From positions 97,588,001 to 97,652,000 of the forward strand of contig NC_043003.1 of the NCBI RefSeq assembly GCF_006345805.1: a DNA stretch of 64,000 bases, written 5' to 3'. This DNA comes from Octopus sinensis (Eukaryota). Below are positions 37,787 through 50,481 of the stretch, piece by piece. The notes beneath the pieces were generated by a model. That model did not search any database, was not told where the DNA came from, and was given only the letters and a program-made list of their open reading frames with translations. Within the stretch, counting starts at the first letter, position 1, and each line of letters begins with the position of its first letter. Both the position numbers and the translations under genes were made by a program.

Positions 37787-38486
37787 TCCGGAGGCTGCCA
37801 CGAAACATTTTTAATGGCGGTGCCCCAGCATGGCCACAGCTCAAGAGCTGAAACTGGAAAACATAAACATAAACATCATACTGTCCCTCACTGTATTGTA
37901 TTACTAAAGTCTTGGTGTGAAATTTTTCATATCAAGAGCTATTAAAAATGACATAGCTTCATCTCTACTGAAAAAACACTACTTCAAAATATACAAGTAA
38001 TTTGTTTAATTTTTTTTTTTTTTATGAAAATGAATTTTGACATCACTCTTACTATTCTGACCCTCTTTCTTGCTACCTTAAATCATATTTTACCTCTCTC
38101 TCATCACCTTGCTTTAATCCATCAAACTTTTCCCCCAATTTCTCTCCAGTTTTGTAAATTGCAAGACCCTATGAGTGCTACTGCCACAAGGTAAAAAAAA
38201 AAGTAAAAATTAAAATATCAATACACTCCATAAACCCACACAAGCACATTTTAGTTTCTTAAAGCTTTGGTCAGCTTGGACCTACAGTAGAAAAACATTT
38301 ACCCAAAGTGCTGCACAAGGGACTAAACCCGAAATCATATGATTGCAAGGCCGACTTCTTAACCATAGAGCCATGCTGGCCTAAAGTCCACTAGGCTGTT
38401 CTCTTGATCCTTGTCAATGCCCAGAACAATCAACCCTTGACCATCACCACTCCCTGGCCACTACCAGTAGAAATGAAACAACTTAC

Positions 38487-38666
38487 ACAATCATCCCTCG
38501 TCAGTTTTAATTTTTTCTGTTGCACTGTCTTCTGTATCCGTTTGCTATAACTCGCATTACCTGCTGGACGCCTGCAGCGCTCACCATCATCTATAAGGCT
38601 GCAGATCTGATCATGCCCGCTCCGGCTGTCATCTTCCGTACTGAAACCGTTCACAGAACTATTCAT
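38487..38666 (-). CDS. SAP30L: SAP30L/SAP30 coding exon 1 (60 aa, N-terminal zinc finger): [60 protein letters not shown]
   Basis: Matches the SAP30L N-terminus (NGFSTE.DSR, C.LI.DGERC.RPAGNAS.SKR.QK...QKKLKL). ATG at 38666 in caaaATG context; donor TGT|GTAAGT, phase 0. Confidence 0.96.
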
Positions 38667-38670
38667 TTTG

Positions 38671-38730
38671 ACTACTACGGAAGAAACAAGAATAAATAAA
38701 TAAATAAATAAATAAAAAAAAAATTAAATT
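38671..38730 (-). promoter_or_regulatory. SAP30L: Splice acceptor (long polypyrimidine tract plus tandem TAGTAG) just upstream of the SAP30L ATG, implying an upstream non-coding exon
   Basis: The minus strand reads tttatttattcttgtttcttccgTAG|TAG|tcaaaATG. Confidence 0.7.
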
Positions 38731-38859
38731 AATAAAACATACAAATAACCAAAAAGAAATTTAGATTAAAAATGAGGAATTTCTGAAACTGATACCTTTC
38801 CCAAAATTATCAATAACTTAACTACAACTATACTGGCTAGGAAGCAAAATCTAGTATAC

Positions 38860-39249
38860 TCTCTCTTTACTCTTTTACTTGTTTCAGTCATTTGACTGCG
38901 GCCATGCTGGAGCACCGCCTTTAATCGAGCAACTCGACCCCGGGACTTGTTCTTTTGTAAGCCCAGTACTTATTCTACCGGTCTCTTTTGCCGAACCGCT
39001 AAGTAACGGGGACATAAACACACCAGCATCGGTTGTCAAGCAATGCTAGGGGGACAAACACACACACGCATATATATATATACATATATAGGACGGGCTT
39101 CTTTCAGTTTCCGTCTACCAAATCCACTCAAAGGCTTTGGTCAGCCCAAGGCTATAGTAGAAGACACTTGCCCAAAGTGCCATGCAGTGAGACTGAACCT
39201 GGAACCGTGTGGTTGGTAAACAAACTACTTACCACACAGCCACTCCTGC
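38860..39249 (-). mobile_element. SINE family A, about 190 bp upstream of the SAP30L ATG exon
   Basis: Full-length match. Confidence 0.85.
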
Positions 39250-40189
39250 ACCTATCAAAAAAAAAACAAAAAAACTAACTGACAACCAAGTTTGATCTGG
39301 GCCCAAGCAACAACAACAATAATTCTTTTAAATTTGGCACAAAGCCAGCAATTTTTGCGGGGAGGGAAAAGTCGACCCCAGGGCTCAGCTGGTACTTATT
39401 TTATTGACCTGAAGGATGAAAGGCAAAGTTGATCTTGTTGGCATTTGAACTCAGTATGCAAAGCTGGATGAAATGGTGCTATTCATTTTGTCCAGCCTAC
39501 TAACGATTCAGTCAGCTCACCATAACACTCCTCATGATTGTTTAATGTCCACCTTCCATGCTGGCATGGGTGGGATGGTTTGATAGGAGCCAGCCAGGAA
39601 GAAGCCTGCACCAGACTTTTGTGGCTGTTTTGGCAGGATTTTTACAGCCGGATGCCCTTCCTAACACCAACCACCCAACAGAATGGACTAACAATAACAT
39701 TAATTTGCAAAAATGAAAATGGAAATAATGATAGTTTGTACTACAAATTTATTTATACGAGATGGGCGAGAAGGAAATTGCTTATCCATTTGTATTAATT
39801 TCAATCAAATTTTGAAAAATTTCTTTTTTTCAAACTTTGATTTAAATTAATAATTTGTAAAGTTTGACAGAAAACCATAAAAAAATGTTGGAAAGGTGAT
39901 GGAGAGGAATCAAATTTGTTATTTAAACTAGGATTGGTAGTGGTTGTGATAGTGTTTCTTGTAAACTGGGCTTTCTCCAAAGGTGAAAAAGTGTAAAAAT
40001 TAACATCAGCAGAATTAAAGTTCAGAATATAAAAGTAAAGGGAGATAACCACACACACACACACAGCAAAATATTTAGCCCAGCACTTCAAAATATTTCA
40101 GTCACTATTAACATAATAGATAAATTGTCATAATCACATTATTTATTTACTTTGGTACTTAGTCATGAGAAAAGGCAGATAACATTACT

Positions 40190-43100
40190 CTTTGTAGGGT
40201 CTCTGAGACGTGGAGGGTGGGAGGCCTCATCATCAAACTAGAGAACGGCCAGTACAACTTAAATCTACTAAAAGCTTTCTATGAGCCAGCTGCTGTTGTC
40301 AACTATTTCATGTTCAAAGCTTTTTCTTAAGTTTGTCCTAAACGTCCATGTTTGTTTTCAAATTTTTATTAGCTTTGCCTCACACGTTCTGAAGTAAAAG
40401 TATAAAGCTTCCCTTTTTGTAAGTCCCCAGACTCTGGTGGTTGAAAAAGTATCTGGAATGATCATATATAATGTTTGGATGCGAATGGGAAAAATGGGAA
40501 AAGTGCAGCAAATTAGAGCATTTTGCAAAATTTTGCCAATCAAAAGTGATTACTGTGTGAACAAGATAAATGTATCTCCAAGTGAGACTGGATCTGTTGA
40601 CAGTTTGTTGCTGAACATGAACAACGAGAGTGCAGATAGCACAGGTTTTTGCAAGTGCTTTATAAATAACAAACATAGATATGAAAGTGGATACTGGGGC
40701 AGCTTGTTCGATAGTTCCATTACTATTTGCTTCAGTTATGTATCCCAATCAAATCATGCCCACAATAGATTAACCACTCTTGATGGTTCAGGTTGTTGGA
40801 TCAATCCAAGTGACATTTAAACTCAACAACACCGATGAGTCACATAAATTTATTGTGGTAGACAGCCCATACTCTTTTGGGCTGACTGGAAAAGGTATTA
40901 TTAAAGACAGTTCGTTTTGTTTCATTTTAAACAAGGTGTTCCCAGAGGTTAAAAATTTTGTGGGTTGAGTTAACTGCTCCGGTGCAAGATATTGCGTGAT
41001 GAGTTCAGCGAGATGTGTTCCAGTACATTTGGAAAAAGAAGTGAAAGATGAGCTAAAGAGGTTCAAAATGATGGGTATCATCACACTGTCGGATTACTCT
41101 GGAGTCACATGTGCCTCACCTGTAGTATGGCTGAGTAAAAAAGATGGATCTCTTCACATGTGTGTTGATTACAAGGTGCATTTAAATGCCCATATTGACA
41201 CTTATTTTTTTCCCATACCATCAATCGACACTATCTTCTCTGGTATGTCAGGTACAAAATTTTTCTTCACTCTCAATTTAAAGCATGCGTATTGGCAAAC
41301 GTCATAAGCAGAGGAAGGCATATTTGCACTATTAATACAACCAACGGTCTCTACCTGGTTAACAGACTTCAAATGGACCTTAAGAATTCAAGTGGCATAT
41401 TTCAGAACTGCATGGAAGCTATACTAAAAGGGATCAAAGGAGTGAAGGTATACCTAGATGATATGCCTATCTATGCTAGTAGTGAAGCAAAATTGATGAG
41501 CAGAAAAAATGTAGTAGTTCCAAGGTTAACCAAGGTGCAGTTTTCTATTAACAAAGAAAAGTCATTCTCCAGAAGAAAAAATTTGACTTTCCTGAGAAGG
41601 AACATTTCTGAAGAGTGTATTTCTCCATTTCAGGAATTGGCAGCAAAACTAAAGGACATACAAATACCAGAGTCAAAGAAAAATATTGACAAAATATTGG
41701 GTCTGATGAATTACTACAGATGATTTGTTCCGGCGTATGCTGAAAAAGTAGAACCATACTTATCAGCTAGATCTAAAGAATTTAAGTGGGGTAAAGAGCA
41801 AGATAAGGCCTTCCATATGTTTATCACTCATCTTTTGGAGGCTCCAATTTTGCAACCATACTCAATGGAGAAAATGAGCATTCACTGTAGATGCATCCTT
41901 GATTGAAGTAGTTGGGGTGTTATCCCAGGAAGGACACCCAGTAGAATTCATAAACCACACCTTTAGCCAGGCACAATGAAACTAGACAAACATAGAGAGA
42001 GGGGCTTATGCAGTGGTATGGAGCATAGATAGACTGTGGCATTTCCTTCTAGGAAAACAGTTTTATTTGGAAACAGATCACCAGCCTTTAAAAATCCTGT
42101 TTGCAAAGGATTTAGATCTATCTCAACATGCTTTGCAAAAAATAGCCAGGCGGAGTTTGATTCTATCACAGTACGATTTTGTCATAAGGCATGTTCTGGG
42201 TAAAAGTATTTCACACATCGATGCTCTCTCTTGATTGAGGTATAATGAGACTAATGATGGTGATATAATTTTCTTTGCTTTGCATTTAGACAGATGCAAC
42301 ACTACATGACAGGACATCAATCCTGTAATGACGGAAAGCATCCACAAACAACTAAATGCAAATGCATTATATAACAAAATAAAAGAAAGAATTTTATAGT
42401 AAAATTGGAGATTGGTCATGAATCTGGAATGTGCATTTGTTAAAGAGAAAGATTTTCTAAAGTGTGAAAATGGCTTAATATATCATAAAAAATCGTCCAT
42501 TTATTCCAGCATCTTATAGAGCCATGATATTAGCTAAAATACATGGCACACATATGGGCATTCAACACTGGATTGAGGCATTCTTGTGTCCTGATCGCTT
42601 GACTTAGCCCTTTAGTGTTCAGATGACTCTGTTAAATGTAATAATTTTTCACACAAATTGTTTTGAATTAATCATGCATTATCTTATAGCTTTGGGATTT
42701 CAATGATGTGATTGTTTATTTTTAGACTGTCAGTGTAGGTTAGGTGTGAGAGGCTAGATATTGCCAGTTTGAATATAAAACATGTAGAATATTTGGGCCG
42801 GATATGGCCAGTTTAAACACTAAAGGGTTAAACAGTAAAAAGCAAGCTACTTAAGGTCTTCACTCATTTTAGTGTGCCCGCAGCTTTAGTATCAGACAAC
42901 AGGCCTGAATTTGTTGCATTAAAGAATGTTGTTATCAATGGGTTTCAGAAAAATTGAGGCACCTGCTTACAGTCCAGCATCTAACAGTGCTGCTGAAAGG
43001 GCCATACAATCTGTGAAACCTGCACTGGAGCATTCTAATCTGAAGACAGGGAATTGCAGCAACTACTTGAACAAAATTCTGTTCAACTATCGGAGTGCTT

Positions 43101-43380
43101 CAGGTGGTTGTAAATTATCACTGGCCGGAAAGTTAATGAAAAGACTACTGAGGGTTGCTGTGAATCCATTCTATGAAATAGGTGAGGATGTAATAAACAA
43201 AACCATGTTGGACAAGGTTGCATCCAAGGCAAAATATGTGATATATGTGGGAAAGAATACTACATGGATCAAGGAGGGTTGCCTACTGCAGTTTGTGAGA
43301 GTTGAGCAACTGGTCCCACTAAGCACACAAGAATCAGAACCAGAATTGAGCACAAAAACATGGACCACTTTATTTCATGT
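40190..43380 (+). mobile_element. Decayed Ty3/gypsy LTR retrotransposon internal region (protease-RT-RNase H-integrase)
   Basis: Protease KVDTGAACSI (DTG at 40690-40698); RT KKDGSLHMCVDYK and YLDD (41451-41462); RNase H TVDAS and ETDHQPL; integrase HGTHMG, SDNRPEF and PAYSPASNSAAER. Gypsy domain order with many stops and frameshifts; no LTRs identified. Confidence 0.9.
42608..42827. mobile_element. piggyBac-like MITE, family 1, inserted in the gypsy integrase
   Basis: TTAG|CCCTTT ... AAAGGG|TTAA; splits the integrase coding remnant. Confidence 0.75.
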
Positions 43381-43404
43381 ATTCTGTGCAGGTGGCAAGT
43401 GAAG

Positions 43405-43818
43405 AAACACCATTTCGACCCTGTGCTTGAGGAGATCCATTGAGTCAAGTACACCAACATCAAAATCAATGGAAACTGCAGTTGTGATCCCTGTGCCGGT
43501 GGCACGTAAAAAGCACCATCTGAATTGTGGCCGATGCCAGCGCCGCCTAGACTGGCTTCCGTGCCGGTGGCACATAAAAAGCACCATCCGAATTGTGGCC
43601 GATGCCAGCGCCACCTTGACTGGCTTCCGTGCCGGTGGCACGTAAAAAGCACCCACTACACTCACGGAGTGGTTGGCGTTAGGGAGGGCATCCAGCTGTA
43701 GAAACACTGCCAGATCAGACCGGAGCCTGGTGCAGCATTCTGGCTTCCCAGATCCCCAGTCGAACCGTCCAACCCATGCTAGCATGGAGAACAGACGTTA
43801 AACGATGATGATGATGAT
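43405..43818 (+). mobile_element. Family B element
   Basis: Same core, three internal repeats, (GAT)n tail. Confidence 0.8.
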
Positions 43819-44056
43819 TATTATTCTTCCTTTCTCTTCCTTTCATAGAAGGGTGTGGTTTGAGGCAGATTTAGCAGCACTTCTAGCAGGCTAACAAAAA
43901 GGTATCCTTGCTGGTTGATGCTAGTGTTTCATGAACAAGACCAGTTTGTCACATCTCCATGAATTCTGGGTTACAGTTGATAGAAGACACAATATAGAGT
44001 GCTTATAGCCTGCAAATGGTATTGAAATAGCAGTGATTCACATTAGTAAGGCACAT

Positions 44057-44057
44057 C

Positions 44058-44089
<32 letters not shown>

Positions 44090-44121
44090 CACTACTACTA
44101 CTACCACCACCACTACTACCG

Positions 44122-44171
<50 letters not shown>
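44057..44171. repeat. Compound (CTA)n/(CAC)n/(CTG)n microsatellite
   Basis: Direct reading. Confidence 0.9.
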
Positions 44172-44675
44172 ATAGTTAACACCTCAGGAGTAATGTTGTG
44201 ATCTCGGTCACTTAAACACCATGGAAACCAAGTAAGTGACAGGTCCTATGAGTCTCAGAACTTGAGACAATAATGTCCAGGGTTGGATGACGGTGATGAT
44301 GATAGAGATGGTGATATTGGTAAGTGGATGGGAACATAAGCAACTAGAGAGTAAGATTGTTTTTGTCCAGGTAACAGAGAAAAGATGGAGATTGCCTGAA
44401 TAATCTGTCCCTCACTGTCTCTGCTGCCTGTCTCAATATTTCTGCAATTGTGCTTAGTTATGGATCTCCCGTATAAATAATATTTGTCTCATTATCTATC
44501 AATCTCCCTTTCTAGTGTAGTATACAGTTTTCAACTGACTTTGCATTTTCTGTTTGACTATTATCGTATGTTGCAGTAGTTGCTGTTGTTGTTGCTGCTC
44601 AATTCCACTGAGGAACCTCATCGAATAGATATGAAATCAGGTGTTCATGTAGCGATTAAGCATCCAGTATTTTAA

Positions 44676-44907
44676 CCCTTTCATTACCAACCTGGCTGAA
44701 ACCGGCTCTGGCTCTGAGTACAAATGTCTTATTTTCATAAGTTTTGAATTAAAATCTTCCATAAAATCTTCCACCAAACCTTAGTCACAATTTATGTTCC
44801 TAACACTAGCTGAATGATAACTAAGTTATTTTACTAAATTCTTTGTTATATTTGAAGTAACTGAAAGAAACACTGAACATCTCAAAATAAATACAGTAAT
44901 GAAAGGG
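44676..44907. mobile_element. piggyBac-like MITE, family 2
   Basis: TTAA|CCCTTTCATTAC ... GTAATGAAAGGG|TTAA. Confidence 0.8.
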
Positions 44908-45284
44908 TTAAGGTACATTGTATTCAAGACTACATCCTCGATGGACACACACATTCACACATGTATCCTTTCTCTTTTTAAATAATATGGTGATTTATGG
45001 GAGATTTAGCAGGTATTTCTAGCAGGTCGAGCAACCACATATTGTCCCCTCCCAATACCCTACTCTGTAACAATACTCAATAGTATGTTAGTGTAGCTTG
45101 TGAAACCACAAGAAGAGAAATAGTAAAGAAGTATTTGAATATTAACCCAAAATAATCTGTACTGTTTTATGCTTTAGAAGCTATGAAGTGTAGTTCTGTG
45201 TGGGAGAAATAACATACAAAACATTTGTTAGTACTTATGTTGAACTCATAGACTGAAATATTTCTCCAGTTTGGCTTATATAGA

Positions 45285-45530
45285 TATGAATGACTGAAAG
45301 ACATTGTGAAAGGAATGAAGACTGAGTGGATGAATGGAATAAAGGATTGAGTGAATGAATGAATAAAGAGTGGAATGAATGGATGGAATAAAGACTAAGC
45401 AGATGAATGGGTAGAATACAGAATGGAATGAAAGAATGGAATAAAGACTGAATAAATGAATAAAGACAGAATGGAATAAAATGGGGACAATAATGGAATA
45501 AAGGTAAGACACACTTAAGGAAAAAAGCAG
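45285..45530. repeat. Degenerate GAATG/GAATA pentamer-rich tract
   Basis: Direct reading. Confidence 0.7.
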
Positions 45531-45934
45531 AGAATTAAATGAGAGAGGAGGGATGAAAGACAGAAAGATGGGGAGAGAGAGAGAGTGCATACATAAAACA
45601 AATGATTATAAAGCAAACCTGAATGAATGAAGGGGTAAAAGCCAGATGAATAAAAGACAACAAATTTTTGAGAGCTGGTCCCTAAAACCGTGATCTATGA
45701 AATTATTTATTCCTCAAACCAACAAAGGAACCACTAAGGAAGACTTTTCATGACACCCTCACCCATCTATTACCATTTTTTATTTTGATACAGATACAAG
45801 AACCGACTTTCCAGGCACTGATGGTTTGGAATCTCTTGTAATCCACTCAAATTTATGCACAGTAACTTACAAATTTTCACAGCTCCAAAGCTAGTTTAGT
45901 GGTACCGTGCACAGACTAGTACTTTGCACGGTAC

Positions 45935-46250
45935 AGTATTCATCATCATTGTTCGACCATGGTCGAGACAATGGAACTTACCATGCTACGCCAGACTTCA
46001 CGGTCCATCATGGCATTACGGAGGTCTTGTTGCTGGATGCCTGTATCCCTGGAGATTACATCAGGGTAGGAGAGTGTGTGCCGTCTGGTATTGCAAGTAG
46101 ATGGCTTCCAGAGGAGAAGAGTAGAAATTGCCTCGTTTTCAGCTCTACAACAATGTCCAACAAACTGGACTCTTCTACCTTTCACAAGAGATGACACAGG
46201 TGGTAGTTTCCCATATATTTGAATTTTGGTTGGATGGTACAGTATTAATA
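45935..46250 (-). mobile_element. RTE-clade LINE 3' fragment
   Basis: VQFVGHCCRAENEAISTLLLWKP...AMMDREVWRSMV followed by a (TGA)n tail. Confidence 0.75.
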
Positions 46251-49216
46251 AACTTGTACCATTAATACTAATGTATAGGTACCTGCATTCCATTTAATTA
46301 TTTAATATTTTTACCTTTTACATGTTTCAGTTAATAGGCTGCCACCATGTTGAATTTAGAGTGTGACTATCTCTGGTTTGGAAACATCAGCAGTCTGGAA
46401 TGGCTTTGGAACCAAAGATACCAAAAAGTCAATGTTGTACTTTTACTACTAACCCCCACAGGAATTCAGTTGACCATACTTGCAAAATTTTCTTGTTATC
46501 TCAGGGAGGCTTTATCATCTGTCTACCAAGGCCTTGCGTGGTAACTTAAATTCCTTCTGAGAAAATCATCATCATCGTTTAACGTCCGCTTTCCATGCTG
46601 GCATGGGTTGGACAATTTAACTGAGGACTGGCGAACCAGATGGCTGCACCAGACTCCAATCTGATCTGGCAGAGTTTCTACAGCTGGATGCTCTTCCTAG
46701 CGCCAACCACTCCGAGAGTGTAGTGGGTGCTTTTATGTGCCACTGGCACAAGGGTCAGTCAGGCGATTAATCCATATTGCAACTTTAAAAAAAAATCACT
46801 TGCTAGATAAACAGTCACTACTTGGAACAGCAAAGTGAACTGTGCCATTTTAATGTTAAATGTCTCGGCCACTGACACATATAGTGCTGCTGTCACTGCT
46901 TAAAACAAGGTGGACTGTGCCAATTCAGTACTAAAAGTTTTGGTAAGTAGCAGCTAACAGAATCGTTAATACCTTGAGCAAAATGCATAGCAGCATTTCA
47001 TTCATGAGGGGTCAAATGTAATCAATTTACCCTCTCCTCTGAAATTGCTGGCCCTGTGCAGAAAATTTGAAATTAATATTAAACGCCATGGTCACTGACA
47101 CAAACAGTGCTTCTGTCACTGCTCGAAACAAGGTGGACTATGCCATCTTCATGTTAAATCTCCAACTACTGGCACAATCACAGATCAAAAACAAGCAGCT
47201 GGCCACTCAGCTGACTGTCCATAATCATATCAAATTTAGTTGAAGTCTCTTTACATTCTAGGTTTCAAATCTCAGTAACAGCTGCTTTTCCTATTTTCCC
47301 TTCCTTGCTATCTCAGTAAAATAATTAACTGTAGCATGAGTTGATTCAAGTCACTATATTCTCTCTCTCTCTCTTGTGCCAAACTCCTTCAAACCCCTTC
47401 TATCTTTAAAAATCAAAGGATGCACTGGAAAGATTACAGTGTTTGAAAAAAAAGTAAATAAAAAATCATGATGGCCAAAACTGAAGCATCTTTGATTACA
47501 AGCTTGATGAAGGCTGGTTCCTCAAAACTAAATGCCAAGGGTAACAAACTGCTAACACACAACAAAGATGAAATGGTCAAAGATAAAAGGGGCAGCCATC
47601 CAATAGAAACCTAACCTACCAATGAAGGGGCCTCTATTTTCCCCTGCCCATCATTTTAATCCTTTGATATCAACCCACCCTTGTTTAGCTCTAATCATGC
47701 AAACTTACTGTTTGTAAAGAGATCTAAATAAAAATCTTTCATCAAAATTTCATGCTAATTTAAGTTTTAATTACCAGATTGATAATGACTAAGTTATTTT
47801 ACTAAATTCCTCATTATATTCAAAATGAATTGAAACAAAAGCAGTGTTATTCAACGGAGACATGATAACAAAAGGATAAGTGTGTCTGTGTAGTTAAGAA
47901 ATTTCTTTCCCAACCACATGATTCTGGGTTCAGTTCCACAGCATGGCACCTTGGACAAGCCCAGGGTCAACCAAAGCCTTGTGAGCGGATTAGGTAGATA
48001 GAAAGTGAAGGAAGCTCCTTGTATATAATTATTATACATGTGTGTGTGTGTGTGTGTGTGCACGCCCCCTCTCCAACACTGCTTGATAACCAGTGCTGGT
48101 TTGTTTACGTCCAGTTTGGCAAAGAGGCTCATAGAATAAGTACCAGGTTTGCAAATAAAAATAAAAATAAAATAAAATAAAAAGTACTGGGGGTCAATAT
48201 ATTTGAATAAAACCCTTCAAGGTAGTACCCAATTGTACTATATTCTAATATAACTGAAATAGCTAAAAGATAAAAAAATCATCATCATCATCATCATCGT
48301 CGTTTAACATCCATTCTCCATGCCGGTTCGACCGGGGATCTAGGAAGCCAGAAGGCTGCACCAGGCTCCAGTCTGATCTGGCAGTGTTTCTACAGCTGCC
48401 AGATCAGACTGGAGCCTGATGCAGCCTTCTGGCTTCCCAAATCTTCCAACAAAACTTCATGCTAAATTAAGTTTCAAATACCAGATTAATAATGACTAAC
48501 CCATTTCACTAAATTCTTCATTATATTTCAAAACTAATTGAAACAAAGGCAATATATTCATCAGAGATACGACAACAAAAGGGTTTAACAGAAAACTAGA
48601 TTCAATACACACATAAATATAAACAATGCAGGATGTCTATATATTGTAATATAAACATGACTCAAAGCATGTGATATCTTTATACACATGACTCAAAACA
48701 CATGATTTGTTTATAAACATGACTCAGCAACACACACGTTATCTTCACAAATTATGAAGGTGTATGGCCAAATGGTTCATGCGTTTGCACTCACAATTGC
48801 AAGAACATGGGTTCAATTCCTGGAGCAGGCACTGCATTGTGTACTTGAGAAAAACACTTCATCTCATGGTGTTCTGTGATCACTTCAAAGTGTGGCACAC
48901 CGTGCACCTACCTGTACAGGTAATGTCAATTTGATGAAGGGAGTGTGCTAATGTACAGTATAAACATTTGACAATTATAAACAGGAGTAGCTGTGTGGTA
49001 AGAGGTTTTAGTGCCTCCTTCTTGTAAGAGGTTCGAAACCTCATATTGATTTTTAAAAAAAGAAAATATGTTTTCGAGAAAAATCCAATTCGCGGGTGTT
49101 GGGTTTCATCACTCATTTATTCATTCTATTTCAATTTCATTCATTAATGTGTTTGTCCAGCCCGCAAAGCTACACACTCTTTGTACTGTCTATGATGACA
49201 AATTTTATGAAATAAA

Positions 49217-49605
49217 GTAGCTTGCTTACCAACCACAATGTTCCGGGTTCAGTCCCACTGCGTGGCACCTTGGGCAAGTGTCTTCTACTATAGCCTCGAG
49301 TCAACCAAAGCCTTGTGAGTCGATTTGGTAGACAGAAACTGAAAGAAGCCCGTCATAAATATGTATATGTATATATATATGCGTGTGCGTGTTTGTGTGT
49401 CTGTGTTTGTCTCCCTAACATCGCTCGACAACTGGTGCTGGTGCGCTTACATCCCCGTAACTTAGCGGTTCAGCAAAAGAGACTGATAGAATAAGTAGTA
49501 GGCTTACAAAGAATAAGTCGTGGGAGTTGATTTGCTTGACTAAAGGCAGTGCTCCAGCATGCCCGCAGTCAAATGACTGAAAAGAGTAAAAGAGTAAAGA
49601 GTAAA
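49217..49605 (+). mobile_element. SINE family A
   Basis: Near-full-length match. Confidence 0.8.
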
Positions 49606-49780
49606 GCATTTGTGCAGGTTGTTGAGCAAGAAATTGCAGAACTGACTTTTGGGGACTTGAAAGACAACCTCTATCCTTACAAATATGATTCAATGTCCCA
49701 CTGCGTGGCACCTTGGGCCAACCAAAGCCTTGTGAGTGGATTTGGTAGACGAAAACTGAAAGAAGCTCATCGTATATATG

Positions 49781-49816
<36 letters not shown>

Positions 49817-49826
49817 TATATTTGTG

Positions 49827-50481
49827 TTGCCGCTAACCCTTAAATGTTCGAATCTATTCACTAATTCTGCTTGTTCTTAAAATATAACCCTTTAATTTGT
49901 TTAACCCCTCGGTACCAAGTTAATTCGTTTGTTACTCTGTTCATTTCTTCAAACCCCGATTGCTTAAGTCTTTACCACTACTGTCCCCAATCAAAATCTT
50001 CGCAGCCCGCCATTCGCTAACCTGCGTGATCTTTCCTCCTCAAAATTCTTTAATTTTTTAAAAAATGCCTCAGTATGAAGATATTTCGTTCGTCCTCCGC
50101 CATTACTGTACTGTCCTGTCTTCAATCAAAACTTCCGTCTTTCCAACCCACTTCCGGTGAACCTATATAAATAATCACCTCGTGTGCTTCTCTTTCATTC
50201 ACCCTTTCTTGACCACACAGCGATGATCATAGCAAGCAAGCTAAGAATTCCCATTTCATTTCTTCCGACTCTTGTACTACACACATACATTTGCCGCTAA
50301 CCCTTAAATGTTCGAATCTATTCACTAATTCTGCTTGTTCTTAAAATATAACCCTTTAATTTGTTTAACCCCTCGGTACCAAGTTAATTCGTTCATTACT
50401 CTGTTCATTTCTTCAAACCCCGATTGCTTAAGTCTTTATCACTACTGTCCCCAATCAAAATCTTCGCAGCCCGCCATTCGC
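49827..50481. repeat. 191-bp direct repeat, period 464 bp; LTR-like unit
   Basis: 49827-50017 versus 50291-50481, with about 3 mismatches. Confidence 0.9.

Noticed and set aside
43490-43660. CRISPR-like look of the palindromic GTGCCGGTGGCACGTAAAAAGCACC repeats with intervening segments
   Set aside because: The intervening segments are homologous to one another, the arrays are internal to a dispersed eukaryotic repeat, and there are no cas genes.
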